This document shows, piece after piece, positions 20,570 to 30,174 of a stretch of 64,000 nt of DNA (the first letter of the stretch is position 1; each line of letters starts with the position of its first letter). Origin of the DNA: an uncultured Verrucomicrobiae bacterium (lineage in GTDB: Bacteria; Verrucomicrobiota; Verrucomicrobiia; Chthoniobacterales; UBA10450); NCBI GenBank assembly GCA_963772365.1, contig CAVYXA010000002.1, positions 1-64,000 of the forward strand, read 5' to 3'. The position numbers and the translations under genes are program-made. Below the pieces are notes generated by a model. That model was not told where the DNA came from and did no database searches. It saw only the letters and a list, made by a program, of their open reading frames with translations.

Positions 20570-21048
20570 ACCCCGAAACTGGCGATCTCGAAGAGCTATA
20601 CCAAGAGGTGATCCTCGATCATTCGAGGCGCCCCCGAAATTTTGGCGAGCTGCCTGATGCCGCCGTTCGTGTTCACGGCGATAATCCTGCTTGCGGCGAC
20701 GAGATTCATCTGGCGGTCAAATTCGACGGAAAAGGCGGTTTGGAGGAGATCAAATTCACTGGGCACGGCTGTGCGATCAGCCAGGCATCGGCTTCCTTGA
20801 TGACTATGAAATTGAAAGGAAAAAGCCGCGAGGAAACGATGTCGATCCTGCGGGGATTCCACGATTTGGTGACGAAAGAAACAAGCGACACGCCGAAAGC
20901 TCTAGGCGATCTTCGAGTGATGCGAGGCGTGCGAAAATTTCCGCAGCGCGTCAAATGCGCAATGCTGGCCTGGCGCGCGCTCGAGCAGGCGCTGCAACAG
21001 AGCTCGGGGGAATCCAAGATTTCGACCGAAGAACCCGAATTTTCGTGA
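20566..21048 (+). CDS. sufU: SUF system Fe-S assembly protein SufU
   Basis: LYQEVILDH, NPACGDEI, GCAISQAS, RVKCAML; ATGA overlap with sufS. Confidence 0.9.
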   Translation: MNPETGDLEELYQEVILDHSRRPRNFGELPDAAVRVHGDNPACGDEIHLAVKFDGKGGLEEIKFTGHGCAISQASASLMTMKLKGKSREETMSILRGFHDLVTKETSDTPKALGDLRVMRGVRKFPQRVKCAMLAWRALEQALQQSSGESKISTEEPEFS

Positions 21049-21248
21049 TGGAGTAGTTGTTCGCGTGTGGAAAGCGACGCGAGGACGCGTCGCACTCCGA
21101 AAGCTTCGCGAAATGGGGATGATGCCTTAGTTTTCGGACGCAGTCCTTTGGATTGCGAGGCGTCCTCTCATCGCTTTTCGCCCACCATCGACAATGGAGG
21201 CAATATCACTCATCTTGCACCGTGTAGTCGCGACAGATAAGATGGCGG

Positions 21249-22103
21249 ATGTCGACTGTTCCGGAAGTTTTCACGCTCGGGCATTCGCCCGATCCAGACG
21301 ACGCTTTCATGTTCTACGCGATGGCGGAGAACAAGATTGATCTCCGGGGTTATCGATTCGAACATCGGCTCGAAGATATCCAGACATTGAACGAGCGCGC
21401 CATGCGCGGCGAGCTACACATCTCTGCCATATCGATTCACGCTTACGCCTACGTCAGCGATCGTTATGCTCTGTTACCGTGCGGCGCCAGCATGGGCGAT
21501 GGCTACGGTCCGCTCGTGATCACTCGCCAACGATCCGGCGGAGGCGACGCTCGAGAATTCCTGCACAATTGCAGAATTGCCGTGCCAGGAAAAATGACCA
21601 GCGCATTTCTGGCGTTACAGCTTTTTGTTGGAGAATTCGATTTCGTTGTTGTCCCGTTCGATCAAATTTTCGATGCTGTAAGAGACGAACGGGCCGATGC
21701 CGGCTTGATCATTCACGAAGGCCAACTGACTTACGCCCGGTCCGGTTTTGAAAAAGTTGCCGATCTTGGCGAATGGTGGAAGAGCGAGACGGGTCTGCCG
21801 CTTCCGTTAGGCGGGAATGTCGTGCGGAAAGACATTCCGCCTCCGGTGCGTCACGATCTATTCGAGATCATTCACGAAAGCATCGACTATGGTCTGGCTC
21901 ATCGTGAACCGGCGGTCCGGCATTCGTTACCGTATGCGCGCGATATGGATTCCGCCCTCGCCGGACAATTCATCGGAATGTATGTGAATGACTTTACTCG
22001 CGATTATGGCGAGACCGGTCGAGCGGCCATTCGGAAATTTCTCGGCGACGCTGCGCGTGCCGGTTACATCGAGAAAGAAATCGAAGTCGAATTCGTCAGC
22101 TAG
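21249..22103 (+). CDS. mqnD: 1,4-dihydroxy-6-naphthoate synthase (futalosine pathway)
   Basis: GHSPDPDDAFMF, IIHEGQLTY, LPLPLGG, MYVNDFT. Confidence 0.85.
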   Translation: MSTVPEVFTLGHSPDPDDAFMFYAMAENKIDLRGYRFEHRLEDIQTLNERAMRGELHISAISIHAYAYVSDRYALLPCGASMGDGYGPLVITRQRSGGGDAREFLHNCRIAVPGKMTSAFLALQLFVGEFDFVVVPFDQIFDAVRDERADAGLIIHEGQLTYARSGFEKVADLGEWWKSETGLPLPLGGNVVRKDIPPPVRHDLFEIIHESIDYGLAHREPAVRHSLPYARDMDSALAGQFIGMYVNDFTRDYGETGRAAIRKFLGDAARAGYIEKEIEVEFVS

Positions 22104-23907
22104 GCGTGCTCTGCATTCCTTCACGCCTGAGGAAACTATCCAGCGCGAACAAGCACCAGCATCGGAACCAGTTTTTGAGCGGGACGGGACTTTCCTGCTC
22201 GATCCGTTGAAAAACGTCGCGCCACTCGGCAGTGATCCAGTCTTTGAATGGAAAAACGAAACCTTGTTTGGGTCGGTTTCTGACCCATTCCGGAATTTCC
22301 GGAACGGCTTCCAGCAAGAGACGTTTTCCTTGCGTGAGCCGTTGTTCCGCGGGGATTTTCGCGATTGTCTCCAAAAACTTGCGATCTACAAATGGGACCC
22401 GCAGCTCGAGGCTCCAAGCCATGCTCATCACGTCGCTGTCGCGCAAAAGCTGATTCCGCATATAGCGGGTCAGCTCGAGATAGCTGACTTCATCGCCGAG
22501 AGTTGGCTGATCTGGCACATGAACGTGCAACAGTTGTTCGACGTCGATCTTATCGTTCCGGTAGTATCGAGAAAGGAGCAGCGCCACTTCGCGCGGCGTA
22601 AAAGTGCCTCGCATCGCCCAGTAAGCGTCGGCAGTCGTCGGCGGGCCGGTAAAAAAGTGCCCCAGCCTTCTCATTCTCGGTGACGTAGCGGTCGATTCCA
22701 AAACTCTTCCCGCCGACTTTCGCAAGGGCGAAAGCAGATTGAGCGCGCGACTGGTCCGCAGCATCCGAGGCATCAGTTCAAACGAGCCGTAGCCGCCGAA
22801 GAGTTCATCGCTGCCCAGACCGGACAAAACCACTTTGAATCCGTGATCGTGAGCAAGCTTTGAAACGCAAAAGCTGTTGAAGCCATCAATGCTCGGTTGA
22901 TCGGAGCTTTCGAGGAATTTTTGAAGCAGCGATTTCGCCGAAACCGAATCCAGTCGCCAATCGATATGTTTGGTCCCGAAATGTTTCGCCGTGCGCGCAG
23001 CTACGTCTCCTTCGTTCAACTCTCGGTTGTCGAAGGAAATGCTGAAGGTATGCAGATCAGCGCCCAGTTTTTTCGAGGCTAACGCAGTGAGGCAGGTCGA
23101 ATCGATGCCGCCACTCAGAAAAACTCCGACCGGGACATCGCTGACGAAATGGCGGTCGATGGATTCTTCTAGGGCTTTGCGGGCAAGCTTTGCCCGATCT
23201 TCCTCAACGTGCGAACCGACTTGAAATTGAATGTCCCAATACTTGCGCGGTTTGAGCACGCCTTTGCTCCATATCAGATAATGACCCGCCGGAAGCGCTT
23301 TCACGCCGCGAACCATCGTGTCCGGTTCCGGAACTGCGCCGAACAACAAATAACCGGCAATCGCCTCGGACGATTTCTCTCGCGGAACTAACCCGCTCAT
23401 TAACAACGTCCGAATTTCCGATCCGAAAATCAGACCGCCATTTTGCTCGCAGTAGTACAGGGATTTAATCCCGAGCGGATCACGAGCCAGAAAGCAGGTC
23501 TGTTCTTGTTCGTTCCAAATCGCCACAGCAAACATTCCCTCAAACTCGCGGACACAGTCCGGTCCATAACGAGCGTACATTTTGAGAATCACTTCCGTAT
23601 CGGAATGCGAAACAAACTCTTCCCCTTCGGCTGCGAGGTCGGCGCGCAGATTGTCGAAGTTGTAAATTTCACCGTTAAACGCGATGTGGAATCGGCCATC
23701 CGGGGTTTGCATTGGTTGATGTCCGGCCTGGCTCAGGTCTAGAATCGCGAGACGAGTCGAAACCAATCCGGTTCTGGCATCCCGTGAGACAAAAATGCCG
23801 CGATCATCCGGACCGCGATGATGCATTTGTTCCTGCATCCGACTCAGGCGCGCCCCGAAGTCATCCCGCTCCAGCTTCGAGTTAACTATTCCGGCAATCC
23901 CGCACAC
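22096..23907 (-). CDS. asnB: Asparagine synthase-family amidotransferase
   Basis: MCGIAG, HRGPD, FNGEIYN, LSGGIDS, LSGLGSDELFGGY. Confidence 0.9.
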   Translation of the reverse strand: MCGIAGIVNSKLERDDFGARLSRMQEQMHHRGPDDRGIFVSRDARTGLVSTRLAILDLSQAGHQPMQTPDGRFHIAFNGEIYNFDNLRADLAAEGEEFVSHSDTEVILKMYARYGPDCVREFEGMFAVAIWNEQEQTCFLARDPLGIKSLYYCEQNGGLIFGSEIRTLLMSGLVPREKSSEAIAGYLLFGAVPEPDTMVRGVKALPAGHYLIWSKGVLKPRKYWDIQFQVGSHVEEDRAKLARKALEESIDRHFVSDVPVGVFLSGGIDSTCLTALASKKLGADLHTFSISFDNRELNEGDVAARTAKHFGTKHIDWRLDSVSAKSLLQKFLESSDQPSIDGFNSFCVSKLAHDHGFKVVLSGLGSDELFGGYGSFELMPRMLRTSRALNLLSPLRKSAGRVLESTATSPRMRRLGHFFTGPPTTADAYWAMRGTFTPREVALLLSRYYRNDKIDVEQLLHVHVPDQPTLGDEVSYLELTRYMRNQLLRDSDVMSMAWSLELRVPFVDRKFLETIAKIPAEQRLTQGKRLLLEAVPEIPEWVRNRPKQGFVFPFKDWITAEWRDVFQRIEQESPVPLKNWFRCWCLFALDSFLRREGMQSTPS

Positions 23908-23937
23908 CGGCGCAAATGATAAATGAGAAAGTAGAAG

Positions 23938-24297
23938 TTAGAAAGAGCTAGACTTCTTCTTTAACTGCTTACCGATAGTTGTGAAGATCGCGAGCAGTTC
24001 GGATGATTCCTTGTGCAGATTCGCCGCGCCTGCCTGGGCGGCCATGCCGGACTCGATTATTAACTCAATCCAATACTGCGTTTCAGCGGCCTCCTTTTGC
24101 ACGGTGCCAATCTTATTAGTAAAGTCCGCACGCGAGACTCCTCGATTCGCCTCGCGGTAATTTGCGCCAATTGAGGTTCCGCAACGTAGCAATTGCCGTC
24201 CAAGTACGTCTGCTTCTCGAGTCCGAGGCAGGGAAGAGACAAACTTGATCACAGCTAAGCCGAATTTCTTTGTTCGCTCTTCAAGATCTTTTTTCAT
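23938..24297 (-). CDS. Four-helix-bundle protein (23S rRNA IVP / bAvd-like family)
   Basis: DLEERTKKF, QLLRCGTSIGANYREA, KEAAETQYW. Confidence 0.88.
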   Translation of the reverse strand: MKKDLEERTKKFGLAVIKFVSSLPRTREADVLGRQLLRCGTSIGANYREANRGVSRADFTNKIGTVQKEAAETQYWIELIIESGMAAQAGAANLHKESSELLAIFTTIGKQLKKKSSSF

Positions 24298-24313
24298 GCC
24301 GCAATTTCTACCT

Positions 24314-25426
24314 CTAATCTTTAGTTTCCAGTTTTGCAGTCAGCCGCCGCAGTCTCTCGCGAAATCGATCATAGCCATAGACCTCAATTACTTTCCGGCG
24401 CAGATCTTCTACTTTCTCCTTCCTACCTTCTACGTTCTGGATGATCGCTTCAGCGATTTCGGCGACATTGTCGGGATCGACAAGCGTCCCGAGTTCGCCA
24501 TTCAGAACTGCATCGACCGATCCATCTTTGTTTCCGGCAACGACCGGTTTGCCGCAGGCCAGCGCTTCCAGAAAAACGATGCCGAATCCTTCGCCTTTAC
24601 TCGGCATCGCGAATACATCGCAAAGATTGTAGTGACTGCACAGATCGTAATCGGGCACGAAGCCTGTCAGAGTCACATTCGATTCCAGGCGAAGCTCGCG
24701 TATTAAGGATTCAACTCGCGCGCGATCCGCTCCATCTCCGCCAAGAATGTATCGCACATTGGGAAATCGCTGACGGATCGCCGGCAACGCCCGCAGGACT
24801 TGATCGTAGCCTTTGTATCGTTCGCTTTCACTCAATCGCGCGATCGTAAGAATGACCGGTTGGTTGCGCGTCAACCCGTAACGCTTGAGGAAAGAATGCG
24901 GCTTCGGACCCGGCACGAATTTCTCCTCATCAAATGTGTTCGGCAAAAGAGCAATTTGATCCGGCGAAATATTTAACGCTTCCGCCATCCGTTGACGGGT
25001 GAAGTCGCTGACCGCGGCCAGGCCGCTGGCAAAGCGCAAAGCATTTCGCACGGAGGGCTTCGGGATCTTCCAGACTTCAATGCCATGACCAATTGCCAGG
25101 AACGGCACGATCTTTTGCAAATGATGAGCGACCGGCGCAAAATTCACGTGGGTTGTAATAATAAAATCGGGACGCTGACGAGTTGCTTCCCGAAACAGCG
25201 CGCTGGCGAAAGCTACGGTTCTCAGGCTGGGCGTCCACCAGCCGAACCCGCGAAAGCTGTCCGTCCCATCGTCGGCCCGATCTGGATATGAGGCGTCGTT
25301 TTTTGAAAAAAGAGAGATCTCGGCTTCCGGGAAAAGATCACGCAGTCCGCCCACAACGAATCGGGAAAACGTCTGAATTCCGCCGATGCCAGAAGCATAC
25401 TCAGGAACCCAGACGTGAATTTTCAT
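24314..25426 (-). CDS. Glycosyltransferase family 4
   Basis: GGIQ, RYKGYD, EGFGIVFLEALACGKPV. Confidence 0.9.
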   Translation of the reverse strand: MKIHVWVPEYASGIGGIQTFSRFVVGGLRDLFPEAEISLFSKNDASYPDRADDGTDSFRGFGWWTPSLRTVAFASALFREATRQRPDFIITTHVNFAPVAHHLQKIVPFLAIGHGIEVWKIPKPSVRNALRFASGLAAVSDFTRQRMAEALNISPDQIALLPNTFDEEKFVPGPKPHSFLKRYGLTRNQPVILTIARLSESERYKGYDQVLRALPAIRQRFPNVRYILGGDGADRARVESLIRELRLESNVTLTGFVPDYDLCSHYNLCDVFAMPSKGEGFGIVFLEALACGKPVVAGNKDGSVDAVLNGELGTLVDPDNVAEIAEAIIQNVEGRKEKVEDLRRKVIEVYGYDRFRERLRRLTAKLETKD

Positions 25427-25454
25427 TTCAAATGACTACAAGTCGTTTCACAAA

Positions 25455-25547
25455 TGTCATTCTGAGCGAAGCAAAGAATCTCTCACGCTTTCTCCGAGTC
25501 GCGGCGCCAGAAACAGATTGAGATGTTTCGCTTCGCTCAACATGACA
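25455..25547. repeat. REP-like palindrome pair; related copies at about 33445-33528 and 35820-35914
   Basis: TGTCATTCTGAGCGAAGC...GCTTCGCTCAACATGACA; the 35820 copy is an inverted near-duplicate. Confidence 0.8.
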
Positions 25548-25595
25548 TAATCAGTTTTAAGGATGGTGAAGCTGCAAGCTCGAGGATCGGTTTCG

Positions 25596-26999
25596 TCACT
25601 CGGATTCATCCACGAGCTCGCTCCGCGATGGCACCAGAATGGCATCTCGCATGCCGTGCACGAATTTTTTATCGGCAGGAACAATCGTGGCCAGCGCGCC
25701 GCGCACCTTTACTCGATTCGATTCGACAAAATAATACGGACAAAGTCGAACCCGGCCTTTCATGATTTTCAATTCGCCGGAATCTGAATCCCAATACTGA
25801 TGCTCGATGAGGCTGCCTTTGTGAAAGCGTTGCATGATCGTGGGAGAGGATTTGAACGTCGCGAGAGCATTGTCGATCCTTTTTTCCCATTCGGTGTGAG
25901 CGAGATCGCTCCCGAGAGAAACGCCGCGGCTGCCCCAGCCGAGGGGCGAAAACCCGCTCACTTTTAGTAACAGATCGCGATCTTTCTGACTGAGTTTCGC
26001 CACTTCGCGCCAATCATGAATCTCCAGCCGTGGAATGACTGCATGCTGCGGTAATGGGGTTGGATCGAGCAGCCACGAATATGGGATCACTTCCTGGAGT
26101 TTGATGAAATATTTTTCACCCAGCTCGCGGCGCCAGAATTCTCGCAGCGGCTGCATCCAGAAAAGCGCGAACCACATTTTTTCTTCCAGATAGGGTTTGA
26201 TCGGCGGCGTAATTTTGACGCGGCCTTCCGCATTGGCCCGAATAAGATTGTCGATCCTGGGAATATTCGGCAGATCGAACAATTCGAAAAACCGGTAAAC
26301 GTCACGAAACCCCTCACCTGGTGCTTCGCGTCCTCCTCTCCCTGGGGGAGAGGACTGAGGTGAGGGCGAGGATTTGGCGCTCAGTTCGTAATTTTCCGCC
26401 GCTACCACGCGCCATGACGAGGTTTGATGTTTGAGGTTTGAAGTTTGATTCAATTGCGCTGCGATCCATTCCATTTCCGGCCGATACGTCGCCGCTTCCT
26501 GGGAAATCACGATGTCACCACCATTGGGGAGAACGTTTTTGAAACCATCGAGCATTCCATCGGCACCACCGATAACCTCCGAGTCAAATTGCGAATACGT
26601 TTGGTTTAGCCAGCCGGTCAGTCCGATTCCTCCAGGCACCGAATCGATCTCGGCAATGATGTAGCCAGTCTCGGTGAGGATCAGATCGGGTCGAATGACG
26701 TGAGGCAAATCATCGCGAATTTCCCTGCGGCGTGAAAATTCGATCAGCTCCTTAGGTTTTCCGGCATCGAGATAGCGCGCCACCCATTCGGGCTGTTTTC
26801 CTTTAATGCTGAGTTGATAGAGCTGATTGCAGGCGCGCTGGAAAACAAAAAGTCGGTGGCCGAGTTGCTCCAATTCTGCCAGAAACTTCTTCTCGATTGG
26901 AAATGGATCCGGTGAAAGCAGCCAGTCCTTTTCCGCGAAAAGACCCTCTTTAGGGAAGGCGTCGCGGATGATGTCGATCCTATCGGCCTGGACAAGCAT
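25596..26999 (-). CDS. Hypothetical protein, possibly ATP-grasp/glutathionylspermidine-synthase-like ligase
   Basis: RPDLIL...AEIDSVPGGIG, LLKVSG...WGSRGVSLG, IMQRF. Confidence 0.55.
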   Translation of the reverse strand: MLVQADRIDIIRDAFPKEGLFAEKDWLLSPDPFPIEKKFLAELEQLGHRLFVFQRACNQLYQLSIKGKQPEWVARYLDAGKPKELIEFSRRREIRDDLPHVIRPDLILTETGYIIAEIDSVPGGIGLTGWLNQTYSQFDSEVIGGADGMLDGFKNVLPNGGDIVISQEAATYRPEMEWIAAQLNQTSNLKHQTSSWRVVAAENYELSAKSSPSPQSSPPGRGGREAPGEGFRDVYRFFELFDLPNIPRIDNLIRANAEGRVKITPPIKPYLEEKMWFALFWMQPLREFWRRELGEKYFIKLQEVIPYSWLLDPTPLPQHAVIPRLEIHDWREVAKLSQKDRDLLLKVSGFSPLGWGSRGVSLGSDLAHTEWEKRIDNALATFKSSPTIMQRFHKGSLIEHQYWDSDSGELKIMKGRVRLCPYYFVESNRVKVRGALATIVPADKKFVHGMRDAILVPSRSELVDESE

Positions 27000-27139
27000 T
27001 AGGAAGCAAACGTCGAACGCCGAACCCACCTCCGCAAATGCTACGGCGCGGCAACCGCCAAACGTCCAACGCCAATAATTGTAGGGCAGGCGCTCCGCCT
27101 GCCGAAGAAAACATGGCAAGCGGTGCGCTTGCCCTACAA

Positions 27140-27751
27140 TTATCGCCCGGCGGCCATCTTCTTCAGTGCGAGCTTCACCAGTTCCTCCGCCGATGTCGCT
27201 TCGCCTTTCTCCTGCAAATCGCGCACCGCTTTGTGAGCATCAATTTGCTTATAACCGAGTGCGATCAACGCGAGCACGGCTTCGTTGGCTTGTTCCTGTT
27301 CGGGCGTGGGTGCATGCGTAGCACTGGCCGCTTCCCAGGCCGCGGCGACGCCGAGCTTGTCTTTCAATTCAAGAACAATCCGCTCGGCTGTCTTTTTCCC
27401 CAGTCCGCTGATTTTCGAAAGTGCCGCCACATCGGAATTGACTACGGCCGCTTTGAAATTGGACACGCTCAGTCCGCTCAGAACGGCCAGGGCAAGCTTT
27501 GGTCCAATACCGGTAACGTTGTTAACGAGCAACCGAAACAGATCGCGCTCGGGAGCTGTCATAAAACCGTAAAGCACATGCGCATCTTCGCGCACGGCAA
27601 GGTGAGTGAGAATACGGATCGGTTGCCCGACGGCGGGCAACTTATCGTAACTCGAGAGCGGTATGAACACTTCGTAGCCCACGCCGTTAACATCGACAAC
27701 AGCTTGGGTCGGCAGTGCGCTCATCAGTTTGCCCTCCAAAAATGTGATCAT
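27140..27751 (-). CDS. ruvA: Holliday junction branch migration protein RuvA
   Basis: VNGVGYEV, VREDAHVLYGF, GIGPKLA, GKKTAERIVLELKDK. Confidence 0.95.
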   Translation of the reverse strand: MITFLEGKLMSALPTQAVVDVNGVGYEVFIPLSSYDKLPAVGQPIRILTHLAVREDAHVLYGFMTAPERDLFRLLVNNVTGIGPKLALAVLSGLSVSNFKAAVVNSDVAALSKISGLGKKTAERIVLELKDKLGVAAAWEAASATHAPTPEQEQANEAVLALIALGYKQIDAHKAVRDLQEKGEATSAEELVKLALKKMAAGR

Positions 27752-27839
27752 TCGGCGTTTGGTTTACCACAGAGATCACGGAGTTCGCAGAGAATAATTG
27801 TCTATTTCCCTCCGTGTTCTCTGTGATCTCTGTGGTGAG

Positions 27840-29297
27840 CTAATCCGACTTCAACATCAGCGTAAGATCGACACGTTTTCCCTTGGCGATGTTGATTCCG
27901 CTGGTGGAAAAGGTTTTCCAGGTCGCAGGCGGATTTGGGAAGAGCTCGCCAGCCAGTGAAGAGGATGCGATGACAAAGCGTGGTCCGCTTTTGTTCATGT
28001 AATCGACAGCTTCCTTCTTTTTTAGCGGTGTCATGAAGCCGTTTACTCGTGACCGGAAATACCAGACCAGGCTGGGCTCGGTGTAATCGATTGCGCCAAA
28101 TTCCATATCCGGCCGCAGCGAAGTGCGTGATCGTTGATACAACGCATAGGCGGGAAATGATTGAGCCGCAAGGAGTGGACCGACGAGCGCAATCGTTAGC
28201 CAGGCGGACGTCGCCGCAATCGCTACGGGTTTGAAGATCGTTCTGTTTTGTTGTGCCCAATGCCGCGCCAGCAGTAGCGCGAGCAAAGGAAAAGCGGGCA
28301 GGGTGTAATGCGGCAGCTTGGTTTTGATGAGAGTAAAGATCAGGAAAATCACTCCAATTCGAATGAGGAGATAATTGTCGATCTTGTCCCGCGTTCGCCA
28401 GACCCGATGGGCGAGCCACGGAAATTTGATCGACCACGGAAACATGCTCACAAACACCGTAACCAGATAGAACGGCAGCAAGAGCAGATACAGCGCGAGC
28501 GAATTCGCGCCGTGACCTTCCATTGTCGCGATTGAGCGCCCGATCACATGGCGTCCAATTCCGACCGTAAAAAATTCGCCGTGTGTTCGAATGACAGCGG
28601 GCACACCCCAAAGCGCAACCACGGCCAGCATTAGCAAAATGCCGCGAATGAACTTGAAGCGCTGATGAAGATTCAGATGCTTGCGATAGATTTTTGCCAG
28701 CGGCACCGTAAGCAATGGGACCCAGCCGATCGGTCCCTTGGCCAGAAAAGCGAGACCGAGCGACAAATAGAAAATCCACCACCAGCCAAAAGTTCGATGT
28801 TTGAAGTTTGATGTTTGATCTTCAACGGCGTCGTCGCGCGCGAGTTCAAACCCAGCCCAGTAAGCGAGAGTTACAAAAAGAACTACCCACATATCGGCCA
28901 CGGCAGCTTTGCCGTGAATAAGCGTTTGCAGCGACAACGTGAAAATAATCGCTGCCCACCAGCCAGCTCTTTCAGAGCCGACTCGTGAGCCCCAGGCGAG
29001 CAACGAAACTGCGATCAGCGCCGCGGCGATTGTCGATGGAAACCGGGCTGCGAAATCGTTTTCGCCAAAAGTCCGGTAGCTGGCAACTTGCGCCCAATAG
29101 GTAAGCGGCGGTTTATCGAAGCGATAATGGTTGTTGAAAAATGGGACGACGTAATCATGGCGCTGAATCATCTCTCGGGAAGCTTCGGCGAACCGCGGCT
29201 CGTCCCGGTCGATTAACGGCAAGCTCCAGGTGCCGGCCACGTGAAAGAGAACGCAGCAAAAAAATAGTATCGCGTATTTGGCAGGTGCGGATTTCAA
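27840..29297 (-). CDS. ArnT/PMT-like glycosyltransferase (GT39/83-like)
   Basis: DRDEPRFAEASREM, DKPPLTYW, LAKGPIG, TKLPHYTLP; multi-TM. Confidence 0.88.
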   Translation of the reverse strand: MKSAPAKYAILFFCCVLFHVAGTWSLPLIDRDEPRFAEASREMIQRHDYVVPFFNNHYRFDKPPLTYWAQVASYRTFGENDFAARFPSTIAAALIAVSLLAWGSRVGSERAGWWAAIIFTLSLQTLIHGKAAVADMWVVLFVTLAYWAGFELARDDAVEDQTSNFKHRTFGWWWIFYLSLGLAFLAKGPIGWVPLLTVPLAKIYRKHLNLHQRFKFIRGILLMLAVVALWGVPAVIRTHGEFFTVGIGRHVIGRSIATMEGHGANSLALYLLLLPFYLVTVFVSMFPWSIKFPWLAHRVWRTRDKIDNYLLIRIGVIFLIFTLIKTKLPHYTLPAFPLLALLLARHWAQQNRTIFKPVAIAATSAWLTIALVGPLLAAQSFPAYALYQRSRTSLRPDMEFGAIDYTEPSLVWYFRSRVNGFMTPLKKKEAVDYMNKSGPRFVIASSSLAGELFPNPPATWKTFSTSGINIAKGKRVDLTLMLKSD

Positions 29298-29328
29298 TTC
29301 AGTTTGAAAAACTTACGCGGTCTGGTTT

Positions 29329-29943
29329 GTGAAACGCAGCACTTTTTTCTATTGGATCGCCGGGCTGGCGATCCTCGGGTTGATCCTCGTGGCGTCATTT
29401 TATTTCGATGACGCAGTCCGCCATTTCGTCGGGCGACATCAGGAGCGAACATTGCGCAAATTCATGGTCAACATCAGCCGGGTCGGTGACTGGCCGGCTC
29501 ATCTCGGGCTTGGGCTGGTGCTGATCGGAATTGCCTGGTGGCGCGGCAACAAAAATTGGACGCGCATCTTTTTGTCGATGCTAATTGCAATGACGCTTGC
29601 CGGAGTAGTGGCGCGCGGAATCAAGATTGCGACCGCGCGCGCGCGGCCATCTGTAAGAACAGAAGAAGTGAAAAGCCGGTTCAGCGAAAAGTATCATGCA
29701 TTTCCTTCCGGCCATGTCGCGGCGTCGATGGCGTTTTTTGGCGTCTTATTGATCGTGCGTCGGCGAGTTGGCCTGGTATGCTTGTCGATTCCGATCGTGA
29801 TCGGCTTCTCACGCATTTACGTCCGAGCGCACTATCTGTCGGATGTCGTGTGCGCGGCGATTCTTGGACTCCTTTGTGCATTTCTGGTCGCGCGATGGTT
29901 GCTCCTCAAATCAACCATCAGCCATCAAACATCGAACATCTGA
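29329..29943 (+). CDS. PAP2-family membrane phosphatase
   Basis: KxxxxRARP, FPSGH, SRIYVRAHYLSDV. Confidence 0.9.
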   Translation: MKRSTFFYWIAGLAILGLILVASFYFDDAVRHFVGRHQERTLRKFMVNISRVGDWPAHLGLGLVLIGIAWWRGNKNWTRIFLSMLIAMTLAGVVARGIKIATARARPSVRTEEVKSRFSEKYHAFPSGHVAASMAFFGVLLIVRRRVGLVCLSIPIVIGFSRIYVRAHYLSDVVCAAILGLLCAFLVARWLLLKSTISHQTSNI

Positions 29944-29945
29944 AT

Positions 29946-30037
29946 TGGCGGAGGGGGTGAGATTCGAACTCACGATCCCGTTGGAACGGGATTCCGGTTT
30001 TCAAGACCGGCGCATTCAACCGCTCTGCCACCCCTCC
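29946..30037 (-). tRNA. tRNA-Ser (anticodon TGA)
   Basis: GGAGGGG acceptor stem, CCGGT-CTTGAAA-ACCGG anticodon arm, long variable arm, GTTCGAATC, encoded CCA. Confidence 0.95.
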
Positions 30038-30174
30038 GGTTTCGGGGTCGAACTGTAGCGGCGCTCTATGAGCGTCGCAAACTTGGACCATCGATTGGCG
30101 ACCCCGAAAGCTTTCGGGGCCGCTACAGGAAAAATTTGCTCGACAGCGCTACATGTTCAGACGAACATCCACAC

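Noticed and set aside
23938..24297. Diversity-generating retroelement, suggested by the Avd-like fold
   Set aside because: No reverse transcriptase and no TR/VR pair with adenine-specific mismatches seen
29946..30037. Island integrated at tRNA-Ser
   Set aside because: No duplicated tRNA 3' end or integrase found nearby
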